From Octopus vulgaris (taxonomy: Eukaryota), in assembly GCA_951406725.2 (NCBI GenBank), contig OX597825.1:60388001-60452000 (forward strand): 64,000 nt of DNA. The letters run 5' to 3'. The translations under genes were made by a program, and so were the position numbers. This document shows positions 42,986 to 57,160 of this stretch, in pieces. How positions within the stretch are numbered: the stretch's first letter is position 1; each line of letters opens with the position of its first letter. The notes under the pieces are model-generated. The model had not been told where the DNA came from and did no database searches. It was given only the letters and a program-made list of their open reading frames with translations.

Positions 42986-43380
42986 ATTTATTATATAGAA
43001 GGAGCTTCTACAGGACTAGTACTGTTTCATTCAAGAGAAATCTTCAGGAAGCTATTTAACAAGAATTGTATTAGCATTTATACATTTAGGCAGGTTTAAA
43101 GGAGTGGTGGTGGGGGACTTTTTGGGGGTAGGCATAGCGCAAAATATCATACTTGGGGGAGTGGTCAAGGAGTCAGTGGTAAGTTAGATGAAAGAATAAT
43201 AAATAAAAAAAATAAATATAAAAAATAAAAAATATATAATAAAAAAAATATATATATAAAAATATATATATAAAAAAAGGGGGGATAGAGTTATAGGTAA
43301 ATAAGGAGATTCTCACTTATACCTATACACACATGTATACGTATCTACACACACATATATATATACACATATATATACAT

Positions 43381-43431
<51 letters not shown>

Positions 43432-44233
43432 CACACATACATACATATCTACATACACACATACATACACCCGCCCACATATACAAATTTATACACATGC
43501 ACATGCCTATACCTGTCTACACATACACACACGTATATATGCATACACTCACTCCCATGCATGCACGCATACACACATGTATATATATATATATACCCAC
43601 GACCACACATACATATATACACATAAAAATATATATTCATACGCACATACACTCATGCACACACAACACACCTAGTTCCCTATATACACATATTTACACC
43701 TATATATACATACACCCACATACACCTATGTACATATATATATATATATAATATACATATACACGCATACATATATATACATGTGTGCACATACATACAT
43801 ACACACATATATACATACACATACACATACACATGTGTACCTATACATACCTACACATACACACATACATACATACAAATATACATATACATATATATAT
43901 ATACAATCCAAAACAGGCCCATTCCCTAATTTTAATTTTATTATCTTCATTTATTACTTTTGTTATCTTTGATCGCTAGAGCTAAGAATCCTGGCAATGG
44001 CTGCATGTCCATTTGTCTGTCTACTAGAAGGCAAGTACTCATTCCCGCACGCACACTCATTAGCACGTACATTCACCCATTCGTACACTCATACACATAC
44101 ACGTACGCACGCGTTATATTCATACATACAAACATCTACATACGTTCACGTATATACACATACGTACTCGTACCTACAGATTCGTGTCTACACTTTAGGA
44201 GGCTAGTCTATACATATACACCAATAAATATAC

Positions 44234-44264
<31 letters not shown>

Positions 44265-44304
44265 TACACACACACACATATATACTCCTACATACAGATA
44301 CATA

Positions 44305-44356
<52 letters not shown>

Positions 44357-44534
44357 CACATACACATACATACATATACACACACATACATACACATATA
44401 TATACATACACAAACATATATACACACATATATATATACATACACACATACACACATACATACGTATACATACATACATACATCCATACATCCATACTTA
44501 CATGCATTTATACGCATACACACACCCATCTATA

Positions 44535-44571
<37 letters not shown>

Positions 44572-44848
44572 TCACACATACATATACAAATCTACGCACA
44601 CACATACATACATACACGTATACACATACACGCACATACACATATACATGCGTACCCATACACGTGCACACACGCACGCGCATCCATATATATACACACA
44701 CACACATATATATACACGTGTGCAAGCATACATACATACTCATACGCGCACACATACTTACATATACATATATGCACACACTTACACACATATATATACA
44801 TACACATATACATGCATACATACATATATGCATACATACACACACGCA

Positions 44849-44914
<66 letters not shown>

Positions 44915-44953
44915 CACATACATACACATACACATACATACACACATATACAC

Positions 44954-44984
<31 letters not shown>

Positions 44985-45219
44985 TACATATATACACATA
45001 TACATACATATACATACACACACACATACATATATACATATACACTGATACACATACCCATACATATATATATATATATACACACACACACATATACACA
45101 TGCATATACTTATATCACTACATACTCACATATATAAACATATATACATATACACACATACATATATACATGTACATACACATACGTATGCATATATATA
45201 TATATACATATATATACAC

Positions 45220-45256
<37 letters not shown>

Positions 45257-45913
45257 TACATATACACATATACATGTATACATACGTAAAAATGATACAC
45301 ATATATACACATACACACACACAGACAGATGCATATACATACATATATATATATAAACTACATATCTATATAAATACATACATAATACACATATACACAC
45401 ACATATATATACATTCATGCATATACATATACAAGTATACATACACATACATACACACACACGCGCACACATACATATACACACACACATATACAAATAC
45501 ATACATACACACATACACACACACATATATATATATATATATACATACATGTACACATATACATATGTATATATATATATCAACAAGGGAGGGTAAAGTT
45601 AATTAGTTATTAATCAATTTCATCAAGTGTTCAGTATGTAAAGGGACCATTATTATTTTGAGTAAACAATGTTAGAGGGAAAAAAATTCTCTAAGTAGTG
45701 GAAGAGGCTAAAAAACTTTATTGGCTGCTATTTCTAGAAAGTTTAGTATGTGGCAAAGTAATTTATTTTATTTTCCTAAGCCCTAATTATATAATATTTT
45801 ATACATACATACACATACATAAGCACATACATTTACACATACATATGCATATACATATATACACATATACATACAAACACATATACACATATACACACAC
45901 ACACACATACAAG

Positions 45914-45951
<38 letters not shown>

Positions 45952-45979
45952 TATGCAGATATATATACATATATATTTT

Positions 45980-46028
<49 letters not shown>

Positions 46029-46447
46029 TTACATGCATACATACACACACACACACATAATACATGCGTATATTCCTACTGTACCCATGCATTTCTATAC
46101 ATATATACATACATACGATACACATATACAAGCGTGCACATATAATATGTGAAAGGTCTTAGGAGAAAAGGTAATCGGGGGTGCTAGGGGAACAGTGGGG
46201 TTGGGGGGGTTATAGGGGGTTGTAGGGCGGGGTTGTAGGGGGGTTGTCATCAATCAGGTTGCCGGGTAGGTCTATAGTTCTTGTAGTTCGCATACTTCTT
46301 ATGCATGCAATTTGGGGAGTGTTCTGAAAATTTGTTAAGGAGAGGGCCTTTGGCGAACAAGATCTCTAGGCTCTCTGATATGCATAGGTCACAGCAGGTA
46401 TGTCCTCCTGTGTACGAGCGCGCCTTCTGTAGTAGTTTCCACTTGGT
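42986..46447 (-). repeat. 5' pseudo-LTR (direct repeat copy 2, truncated within the EN coding region)
   Basis: Near-identical to 37435-40928. Offset is 5551 bp at the left end. Confidence 0.92.
43003..43053 (-). ncRNA. Type I hammerhead ribozyme (PLE 5' pLTR)
   Basis: Identical to 37452-37502. Lies ~130 nt upstream of the ORF ATG at 42871. Confidence 0.88.
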
Positions 46448-46494
46448 TAGATAAGAAAGTTTGTTTGGTAAAGCACGTGGGTGAATATATAAGT

Positions 46495-47318
46495 AAATAG
46501 TAAAGAGTGAAAAAACGACAGAAGGCTTAAATGTTAAAAAATATATATATTTGTGTCAAAATTGTCTTCTGAAATTACGGATGCAAAAGTAAAAAAAATG
46601 TGGTAGATCGAACTGTGCAACATGCCCTAACCTGCTAGAAGGATCAGAATTCCTCTTTAAAGAGGGACAAAAATTCAAGATCAAATCTAACTTTACTTGT
46701 GCCTCTCAAAACATAATTTATGTCATTAAATGCTCGGGCTGCCACCAAGACTACGTGGGTTCCACGGGACTATCAATCAGGCGTAGATGCACACTGCATC
46801 GACAACAGATTGCATTCCCAGAATATAGAATGATACCTTTTAGTGAGCACATTGAGAAATGCGCAAAGCAACTACTGCCACAATTTTTAATCTTCCCATT
46901 TTACCAATGTGCTTTCGGATCATCAACACAAATGAGACTGAACAAGGAAACATTCTTCATTGAAAAGTACAAACCCAGACTCAACCATCCGAACATACTG
47001 ACACAGAGAAATTAACAAGGGAAAGGAAAAAAAAAATTAAGCGATTATCTCCCTTACACCGGAAGAAATCACTCACTACCTCCCCTTATTTAGAAATCTC
47101 CTGAAAATAAACACAACGATAACTCCATGCAATATAAACATAACGTCACAAGAAATTTGAAAAGCTACACGCGAAACCGGTATTTCTTTAAAAATTATAA
47201 AATTATGTCATTTTAAGGAAAGGAAAAAATTTTTCCAATATTCTCCAGACATTTTGACACAAATATATATATTTTTTAACATTTAAGCCTTCTGTCGTTT
47301 TTTCACTCTTTACTATTT
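46495..47318 (+). mobile_element. 5'-truncated Neptune-type PLE (GIY-YIG only) bounded by a 68-bp inverted repeat
   Basis: Open frame KCGRSNCATC...FTCASQNIIYVIKCSGCHQDYVGSTG...HRQQI...KPRLN (~46596-47015). Degenerate HHR-like gc tacac gc-GAAACCGGTA-tttct at ~47150-47187. 46495-46562 is the reverse complement of 47251-47318. Confidence 0.85.
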
Positions 47319-47819
47319 TTTTATATATGTATATATATATATATAAATCTCCAACATAATTACGACTATTATTCTATTATTATGAACAAGGTCCTAATAA
47401 TGACAAACATAATAGGCACAATACCAATATCCACCTATTATGATCACATGCTATAGGTACAGGGTACCTATTTTATCGACCTCAAAATGATGTTAGGTAA
47501 TATCGACGGAATTGGAACATAATGACAAAGTACCGCTTAGCATTTTACCCCGTAACTATAATGACAACCATCATAATTGTCTCATTCATAATCTTTTTAA
47601 TCGTAATAATAATGACAGATTAACATTTTGGCACGGTGCCGTCGATTTGGAGAGGACGGGCTCGTCGGTAACACCGACCCAGGAATATAGACTGATAATT
47701 TATTTCATTTGCCACTGAGATATGAAAATTGAAGCTGATACAAGAATTTAAACTGAGAACGTTATCACTCGGAAGAATTGCTATGACACATTTCTGCAAT
47801 ACTCTAATTTTTCTGCCAC

Positions 47820-49320
47820 TTCAGAGCTCGATCATATTGATACTAATCACGATCGTAATTGCTTCATACATATTAATCATTACTATAATGATCATATCGG
47901 TATTAATCACTATAGCTTTTACAATGTTCACAGTAGTAATAACCACAATCATACTATAATGATCACTGCTATAATAATCATCCTCATACTATTGAGAACG
48001 ACGATTATCGCTATTATGATAATTATCATCATATTAATCACAATTATAATTGTCACAATCATAATTTCATTCGAAATAATCTCACCTACAACAGGAAATG
48101 TTATCCCAATCACAGCAATAAGTAATCATAACAGTTTCTATGTTAATAATCACAATCTTATCGCATTCACATTAATCAGTCATAATAGTAACTACTACAT
48201 GAAGTCAGTCATAATTCTTTGTATGTTAAAATCCAGATATCTTCTCCAAGTGAGGCTTGATAAATTTCATCAATGCATTCAATCTCTTTCGCCATACTTA
48301 ACAGTCAAGGCAAAAGTGTCTTGGCCAAAGAAATGAAGGAAACTGACGTTCGAAAAGGTTTCGGTCGATAACCTAAATTGTCCTAGAAACTACAGCAGTT
48401 ATTCAAAACCTGAGTATTCATCAATGCTGAAATACTGTCACAATGAATGTGAGCAGGACGGTTTCGTCTCACTGATAATATAGATTATGACAATCAATGG
48501 GTTCTCTATCTCTGCGGCTGTGCTACAAGATTACAAGCATATCAAAAATAAAACAGATTCAAAATATCCAAATTTATAAAAACCACTTTCAAAGTAAACG
48601 TAATCACAGTAATTATGAACAATCGAAAAAATCATAATATTTACAATGATATAAATCAAATTCATAAAAATAAAAACTAAGTAGAGTATGAAAATGTAGG
48701 ACATCATAAAAGTCGCAAAAACAACACACATAATTAATGCAATGACAGATAATTGAACTAATAATATTGTTAATAATAATAATCACAGACATAATAATGA
48801 ATAGAAAATCATCATAAAAGTTACGATCGCAAGAAATATGGTCACACTAATAGTAAAAATATAGCCTATCACAACATGTGCATTCTTATAGGCAATCGTA
48901 AAAATACAAAAGTACAAAATCATATATATCACAACCGTCAAACAATACGATAGCAGTAATCCATAGCAATAAAACTAAACTTGGTATTCGCCATCATAAT
49001 AGTTTCAATAAGAATAATCAACATACATAAAATCACAATTACAATCATAACGAACATGTTCGTAGTAATATTATATAATTGAACAAATAATCGCATTTAC
49101 AGTAAACACAAGCATATGAACCAAAATTATGATAGTCACAATCAATAATTTTATAATCATAATATTCAGGCATGATTGTAACTACCATCACAATCATAGT
49201 CACAGTAATCACGTAGCCGCTGCCATTACAGATAAAAACAGAAAGACAAATATTTAAATCATAATATTAGTAGTATTAGGCGCAATCCAAATTATAGCGA
49301 TTATAAAAGTTACCATTATT
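47820..49320. repeat. Degenerate (ATC/AAT)-rich low-complexity region
   Basis: Eroded trinucleotide repeats. Explains the Ile/Thr-rich ORFs. Confidence 0.6.
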
Positions 49321-49337
49321 ATGCTCAGAGATAAATC

Positions 49338-50103
49338 GGCGAGTTGGCAGAATCGTTAGCAGGTCGGGCGAAATGCTTAGCGGTATTTCGTCTGCCGTTA
49401 CGTTCTGAGTTCAAATTCTACGAGGCCGATTTTGCCTTTCATCCTTTCGGGGTCGATAAATTAAGTACCAGTTACGCGCTGGAGTCGATGTAATCGACAT
49501 AATCCGTTTGTCTGTCCTTGTTTGTACTCTTTGTGTTTAGCCCCTTTTGGGTAGTAAAGAAATAGGTATTTCGTCTGCCGCTACGTTCTGAGTTCAAATT
49601 CTGCCGAGGTCAACTTTGCCTTTCATCCTTACTGGGTCAATAAATTAAGTACCAGTTGCATACTGGAGTCGATTTCATAGACTGGAATTCTCCCCCAAAA
49701 CTTCGAGCCTTGTGCCTAGAGTAGAAAAGAATCGTTAGCACGCCATGCGAAATGCTTTGCGGTGTTTCGTCTGCCGCTACGTTCTGAGTTTAAATTCTGT
49801 CGAGGTCGACTTTGCATTTCATCTTTTCGGGATTGATAAAATAAGTACCAGTCAAGTACTGAGGTCGATGTAATCGACTGTCCCCCTACCCGAAATGGCA
49901 GAATCGTTAGCACGCCGGGCAAATAGCTTAGCGCTATTGCGTACTTCTTTACGTTCGGCGTTGAAATCCTGCTGAGTTCGACTATGGATATCATCCTTTC
50001 TAGATCGATAAAATGTGCATTAGTTATGCACTGGGGTGGATATAATCGATATAATCGACTGCTACACCCCTTAACATGCTGGTCTTGTGTTAAAATTTGA
50101 AGC
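49338..50103 (+). mobile_element. Head-to-tail array of ~4 SINE family A units
   Basis: Repeated gcagaatcgttagcac...ttctgagttcaaattc...tttcatcct...aagtaccag blocks at ~49345, 49565, 49730 and 49897. Confidence 0.85.
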
Positions 50104-50164
50104 AATTATTATACTTAGAATCATTATTGTCAATGTCTCTTACCTTAACTGTAAACTCTTTTAA

Positions 50165-50545
50165 TCGTTTACTTCTTTCAGTCATTTGACTGTGGCCATG
50201 CTGGAGCACCCCCTTTAGTCGAGCAAATCAACTCCAGGACGTATTCTTTGTAAGCCCAGTACTTATTCTATCGGTCTCTTTTGCCGAACCGCTAAGTTAC
50301 GGCGACGTAAACACACCAGCATCTGATGTCAAATGATGTTGTGGGGACAAACACAGGGACACAAACACACACACACATACCTATACATATACATAGATAT
50401 ACATATATATGATGGGCTTCTTTCTGTTTCCGTCTGTCCGTGGCTATAGTATAAGACACTTGCCCAAGGTGCCACGCAGTGGGACTGAACTCGGAACCAT
50501 GTGGTTGGTAAGCATGCTACTTACCACACAGCTGCACCTACGCCT
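50165..50545 (-). mobile_element. SINE family B
   Basis: Homologous to 30566-30925, with a complete 3' tail. Confidence 0.85.
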
Positions 50546-51254
50546 AGACGAATATAAAAATAATTTATTGAAATCATTTACCAAGCAAAACTATTTCAGT
50601 CAGATTCATAAGATTTACACAGGGGGAAATTCTCCGGTACATATGAGCATTTATTTATTTACGTATTTAGAAAGGATTAAAACCAACCTAAAATCGTAAC
50701 AAAATATCTAGAAAACATATTTACATTGGTGTCTAGTTAGGTGATCTCTCTGCCTAAGTTTATGATAGAAAGTGTTCGAAAAGTCAATGTGAGAGAGATG
50801 GTACAGAAATCTATCGAACAATGAAAAATGTATAATGCACAAATGCGAAAATTCGGATGTAAAATTGCATAGCAGTATTTCTTAGAATAAGCATTTGATA
50901 CTGAGAATAAGTATTTTCTTTTCACATTCGTTACACCTGGCCATTTACGGTTGCTATGGTTATCAGTTGGGATCTTGCTTGGAGATGAACACAATTGTTA
51001 AGAGCTTCTCCTCTATTGCATATTATTCGTGAAAGACTTTCTTCTCCTTTATCGATAGATGTTTAATATGAAACAAGTGATATGTTAAATCGAACGTATA
51101 AGAGTAGGAGATATCCAACGAGATATTTTCGAAAACTGAGATGAATACAACTTTCTTAATGCAATCTTAAAGGGTCTTAGTGCTAGCATAACATATTTTA
51201 CCAAACATTCTCTGGTGCTAAATATAAAGTATCATTGCCAAAGAAGTCGGGAAC

Positions 51255-51840
51255 CAAACGGTGTCAGCTTTGGCTGCTGAATCAGTAAATTGTCGGAAAA
51301 AATGTATTTTACTATTTCTTCCGGCCCTTTGCATTCTGAGTTCAAATCACCTAGGGGTTCATTTCACCTTCCGATTTTACACTTCCGATAAAATAAAATA
51401 AGTCGAATAATGATAGCGATAGTATCAGATTCAACCCCCTGCCCATAAAATACTGACCTTGCGATGACATCAGAAGTAACACTAATTTATAATTTTGGTA
51501 CAAAGAGAGCGGGTTCGGGGCGAGGTTGAGTCGATTACATCGCCCACATTCGACAAATGAAACTCATTTTCTTGACCCTCAAAGTGGGAAAGGTGAAGTC
51601 GATCTCGGCAAAATTTGAACTCAGAACGTAAAGACAGCGAACTGGCATGATCATCAGTAAACCGTGCAAAATGCTTTGTAGCATGCGTCTTTACGTTCTA
51701 ACTTCAAATTCTGTGTTGGTCAGTTGTGGCTTTCAACTTTTTCGGTGTCGATAAAACAAATAGCAATTCAATATTGGGGTTGATATAATTGACTTATCCC
51801 GTATGTCCCGAAATAGCTTGCCGTGTGTCAAACTTTAAAA
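51255..51840. mobile_element. Cluster of three diverged SINE family A copies (+,-,+)
   Basis: ttctgagttcaaatc at ~51335, aatttgaactcagaacgtaaagac at ~51612 and ttctaacttcaaattc at ~51696. Confidence 0.65.
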
Positions 51841-52399
51841 TCATTATGATTTTAGAAATAAATAACCATTACATATTAATTCGACACTTACAAAACGTCC
51901 GTATTCTTTGAAAACTTCGACCAAAAACGAGATAGGATGAAGTATATACAAAATAGCTGGGGAAATAAAAAGGCAACAAGCCCTCAAAGAATGAAAAGAA
52001 AGCGAAGATTTTAACAAACTATAATTACAAGAAGGTATGTGTGTCTGTTTGTCTGTATATATACATATAGTATATGTATATATAAATATATGTGTGCGTG
52101 TGTATGTGTGTGTGTATATGTTTATGTATATATACATATGCTTCTATATATTTACATATATATATATATATTGTACGTACATACCTATCTATCCATATGT
52201 ATGTATACATATATATATATATATGTGTGTGTGTATGTATATATTTATGTATATGTATGATTAGATACATATATACAATACAGAGTTATGCACACATATA
52301 TATTTTGTTATAAATTATTATAAACTGTTCCGGCAACATGTGTATCGGATTCGTTTGAGATATTACTATTATACTGGATTGAAAAACTACTAATTATAG

Positions 52400-53110
52400 C
52401 TAATTCCTAAAAATGCGGAACTCTTTCTAGCAGAGTATAAAAGTTAATTGCAAAGATTGTTTGTTGCTTGCTTTATGTCCTGGCTTAAAATACAGAAATT
52501 CAATGATATTAAAATATCACTTAATGGAATGCAGAATGACATTCAGTTCACCAAAAAAATACAATCAGAATAAACATCCATTTTTATACATATTTTAGAA
52601 ATGAAAGTCAACAAACGAATTGAGACTGGTGTACGTTACAAACTCTAACACATGAACACATATCTACTCTTTACTTCATGATACCCGAAACACGCACGTA
52701 CAGATATTCTTTTTTATGTGTCCAAAACGATGTGCATAATTGTTTCAAATAAAAATATTCATTACGTACGTATCGAACGAACTTAAACACACACTGGTCG
52801 ACAGTTAGTATTCAATATATATAACAAATGATAGAGTACAATGAACCAAGACAATTGATACCCAGGATATAGAACAAGTGAAACAAACGAACAAACATGA
52901 ACTGAAAATATTATCATATATCGCAATTTACGGTATTGGAAGTAATAAAGGCTATAACAGTATCATTCAAAATATACTGCGACTGATAAAGGATGCCAAA
53001 ATGAATTAGATTCTACAAACACATAGACCTACAAACAAAAGAAACCAATTCATTAAAGAGAGTATTAAATTATATTCCGTACAACAGAAGCAAAGTTAGA
53101 AAGTGTTTAC
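52400..53110 (+). pseudogene. Highly decayed PLE RT/thumb relic
   Basis: IETGVRYKL*HMNTYLLFTS*YPKHARTDILFYVSKTMCIIVS resembles the PLE thumb consensus YxKxTxxxxYLxFxSxHP. Confidence 0.6.
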
Positions 53111-54447
53111 GAACCAGTAACTGAGTAGTTCGGCAAAAGACCCAATAGGATAAGTGACAGATTTAAAACATTAGTACTGAGTCAACTTTTTAGACTAAAC
53201 CTTTTAAGACGGTGTCTTTGGATGGTCGCATTCCTATTGTTAACACAATTAAATCGGAAATAGTGAAGAAAAATTTTGGACATATTTGTTTATAGCATTG
53301 CTCTCTTTGACATCGACAAAATAATCTTCTTCTTTCAGACAAATATAATGCGATAAATGTGATACATATATCTATAGAAACAGAGAAAAAGAGAGAGAGA
53401 GAGAGACAAACAGAGAGACAAACAGAGAGAGAGGAAAGAAGATAGATAGATAGATAAATATATATATTAACATACATATACACATACATATACACAAGCA
53501 TTTGATCACTATAAACAAATCATCTGACGACGGGAGAACCCATCATATATATATATATATGTAAATGCATATGATTGTTTATGATGTATAGCTTTGGACA
53601 TGCATACATGAATGTATGTATATATACATAAACACATCAAAGTGAATATATTTATTTTAGTACCTGTAGATGAGTATGCACATTCGCTATTGTTGTGGCT
53701 AGATCTTCCCAGCAGATTTCATGATTCAACCAAATCCTTGTTCTGCTTAGAAATGATTCCTTATTATAATTCTTATACTCCTGTGTAAACTTAGCGATTC
53801 AGCGAATGAATGTGAATATTCAGAGGCATTAAGATACGTTAGCTTTTTAAATAAACGAGAAGTGAATAAATAATAAAACACGATTCGCCGAGTTAAAATA
53901 GATTTGACAACACAAATAAATGGTTTAGCAAATTTCAGTGCAATATTTTCAACAGGAAAGGAAAATAGCATAACAAGAAACAAATGCAAAGAAAGCATAA
54001 AAGTAATAAAATCAACTTTCATAATAATAAAGATAGCTAATATGTGACAACAATAGGAATTCGAATATTAAACACAACAGCCAACAACATACAAAAACCA
54101 TATCAACTGTACGAATAGCATTGACAATTCCTTGGTGTTAGCAAGAGTGACAGAAATATTAATACACCAGAACTGGGAGTATGAAGGCATTATCAAGAAC
54201 AGCATAAATATTAACTACCAGAGAAGAGCAAAAGAAATAAAACAATAACTATGGAATATCTGAATCAGAACTGCATATATTTCAAGGATCTGAAACTTGA
54301 AGAGCATATATTTTCGAGGACTCCAAAGAAATATTACTGCTCGGCTGTACTTAATTTCATTGAATAGACGAATTCTATTATCTTTCAGCATGTAGTATGG
54401 CAGAATTCATTGTGTTTCGTCAGAATATTGTAGACAACATACTTCCA

Positions 54448-54536
<89 letters not shown>

Positions 54537-54603
54537 CTTTCTCATTCTCCCCCTCTCTCTCTATCTATCTAACTGTTTGTCTGGCTATCTGTTTATCTAT
54601 ATG

Positions 54604-54650
<47 letters not shown>

Positions 54651-54839
54651 ACAACGTACAGTTTCAGACGCATACACACATAAACACAGATATACAGATA
54701 GATAGACTGAGATAGAGAGAAAGGGAGAGAGAATGAGGAGAATATAGAGAGATAGAAATAGAAATAACATTAGTGCAGGCAGTAATAATTTTGAGTAGAG
54801 GCCAGAAAATTCGAGCATTTTAGTGTCATTACAATTCTG

Positions 54840-55900
54840 GAGTATGTTAGCCTGGTAATATCAGGTAAGCAAAGTTTCATCTTGTTTTGCCAGTATGAAG
54901 CTCTTAGTCTCGGTTTTCAATCTCGAACTCCTCAGCCTCTTATAGGTTCTTACTTTGTCTACATCAGTATTTTGGGCATCGAGGGAATGTATTGTCAATG
55001 TAGATGTAGGAGCTTATGATTCCACCGTTTCTCAATTTGTTTCTGCTCGTTCTTTTTGCAGTCTGTTTGATTCGTTTTGCTTGCTTGATAGCAGGAATTT
55101 CAGGCTCCTTATCGAATTCAGGGTTAATGCCAAGTTCTCTTTCGAATCTATAAGCTTTTTGACAAAAAAGTGACTTTTTGTTGCTTTCATGTTCACACAC
55201 AAGTCGCAGCATCCAACCTTCTGTAGATAAGTACTTGTACATTTCGATAGTGGAGGTCTTATAAGACAGTTCTAATTCCATTATTCCTCTCCTCCTATCC
55301 ACTGCTTCTAGATAGGTACAGACGGTCTACGGCCACCTAAGGGTCGTGCATGTTCTTGGATGTCAATAATTTTCTTGGTTTCTTGTCCAGGCGTTGGAGT
55401 CCTGTAGGATTCCAGCTAATGATCTTAAAGCTGTACTGGACTCCTGGAAGTGCCAAGGTGGTAATGACTTCGATGCGATTTTTAGAGTTGAGTTCAGTCT
55501 TCAGCACAAGTCTTATTTTCATAGAGCACCCCCTTTCTTATATCTTCCTTCTAGTAGCATGATATATGCCATTTCTTTTGTTTATTTCAAAGTATTTATA
55601 ATTTTCTTGTGGATCAAGTTCCTTAATGGTAGTGTTGATATCTGATTTAATGAGATTGCCTCTTACAAATGCTGATTAGCCAAAATCCATCCCAGTGGAT
55701 GGTTAATCCTAGCAAACAGCTTCAAATCGTCCATGTAAAAAACATGGTATATTTTATTATTTAAAAACTTGTACCCGTATCTGGTGTTATCCAAATCCTT
55801 TGATAGTGGAACTACTACCACGCAAAAAACGTAACGGAGAGAGAGGATCACATCGAAAATACCTTGTTTGATGTTGATGTAGTTGGATTGGCTCATTCCA
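54840..55900 (-). mobile_element. Decayed R4/Dong-like (RLE-type) non-LTR retrotransposon RT fragment
   Basis: IKQGIF...VPLSKDL...YGYKF..KIYHVFYMDDLKLFA, then LVLKTELNSKNRIEVITTLA...QYSF.IISW...RKLLT...DRLYL...RGI. Confidence 0.75.
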
Positions 55901-56114
55901 TTATTGTGGAATGAGCCAATCTAATATGAAGACGTGTGCTGACTTCGCCGCCGACAAAATGCTTCGTGGTTTTTGTTCGTCTTTACGCTTTGAGATCAGG
56001 GTCGACTTTGCCTTTATCCTTTGGAAGGCGATAAAATAAGTATCAAGTTGAGCACTTGAGTCAGCGTAATCGACTGGATCCAAACCCCAAAGCAATATCA
56101 GGCCGTAGACATGA

Positions 56115-56153
56115 GAGTAGTAGTAGTATTAGTATTAGTAGTAGTAGTAGTTT

Positions 56154-56206
<53 letters not shown>
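56115..56206. repeat. (AGT)n microsatellite
   Basis: Directly visible. Confidence 0.95.
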
Positions 56207-56619
56207 ATGGTAGCTTCAGCAGAAACATAGGCAGCATGCATTAATTCTCATAAAAATTTCGTACTTGTATGACATTGCTTACGATATACAGATACCTGTC
56301 AATTCCACCAAGAATTCCTTTCAAAAAACAAGTCAGGAGTTGCACGTTTAGAACCATAAGTCTCTGTCCATTATCTCCTACGTTTATATAGCTACCATTG
56401 GAAGTCAAACGCATCAACTGCATTCACAAACATAAGCTCATAATTTTTAATGAACAAGTGTCATTTAATAAAAAATTAGAAATAGAAAGTAACTTGCGAC
56501 GCTGGTGGTTGTGGTTGTAGGTTATTAAATTTGAAGGAAACCAATATGAACATACATACACATACATATATGAATATATGTGTAGATGTATATATGCATG
56601 TATGAATGTATATATATAT

Positions 56620-56893
56620 ACAGCGGACTCGCGGTTTCGATCCCCAGACCGGGCGTTGTGAGTGTTTATTTTGCGAAAACACCTAAAGCTCCACCAGGCT
56701 CCTGCAGGGTGGGTGGGTTTCGAACCCTGCTGTACTCTTTCACCACAATTTTTTCTCACTCTTTCTTCCGTTGGCCTGCTCGTTTAGCCAGCGGGGTGGC
56801 GTCATTTGAAGGCTAAAACAATGCGAAGCGCATTGTGACAAGCGATGTGTAGCAACATATGATAGCCTGGTCGGTCACCGTGATCACCGTGAT
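56620..56893 (+). mobile_element. SINE family C
   Basis: cagcggactcgcggtttcgatccccagaccgggcgttg...ggtcggtcaccgtgatcaccgtga, between (TA) tracts. Confidence 0.85.
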
Positions 56894-57096
56894 ATATATA
56901 TATATAAATATATTAGTTATACGATATAGTGTATATTTAAACACACAAGGAATCCACTTATAGGGAATTCAGCACGCTAGAAAGAACAGCTAGGTTCTGT
57001 AAACTAATTTTTTTTTTGCACGTTAGACTACTGGAAATGTAAATTTTGATTGAATGTTTTAATTTTAATTAAATTCCATTTCCATTTGATATGATT

Positions 57097-57139
<43 letters not shown>

Positions 57140-57160
57140 ACATAATATATTTAATAGCTT

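Larger units (their letters stand above)
37435..46447 (-). mobile_element. Young Penelope-like retroelement (probably Hydra group), partial tandem of ~1.6 units
   Basis: RT+GIY-YIG ORF between direct repeats 37435-40928 and 42986-46447. The upstream repeat contains the last ~200 bp of the ORF. Each repeat ends in an HHR, and the 3' end abuts (TA)n. Confidence 0.92.

Noticed and set aside
37435-46447. LTR retrotransposon or simple segmental duplication
   Set aside because: No TG..CA ends, PBS, gag or integrase. The repeat includes the ORF end and stops just past an HHR, as expected for PLE pseudo-LTRs. An assembly artefact is not fully excluded without reads.
47729-48336. Hydrophobic Ile-rich ORFs resembling membrane proteins
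   Set aside because: Derived from degenerate (ATC/AAT)n repeats.
49338-50103. CRISPR-like repeat array
   Set aside because: The units are diverged 150-230-bp SINE copies with no repeat-spacer structure or cas genes, in a eukaryotic context.
53523-53545. CTGACGA-cggg agaa ccc hammerhead half (similar partial cores at ~57795 and ~60015)
   Set aside because: The GAAA/UH half or stem I is missing. Too incomplete to call.
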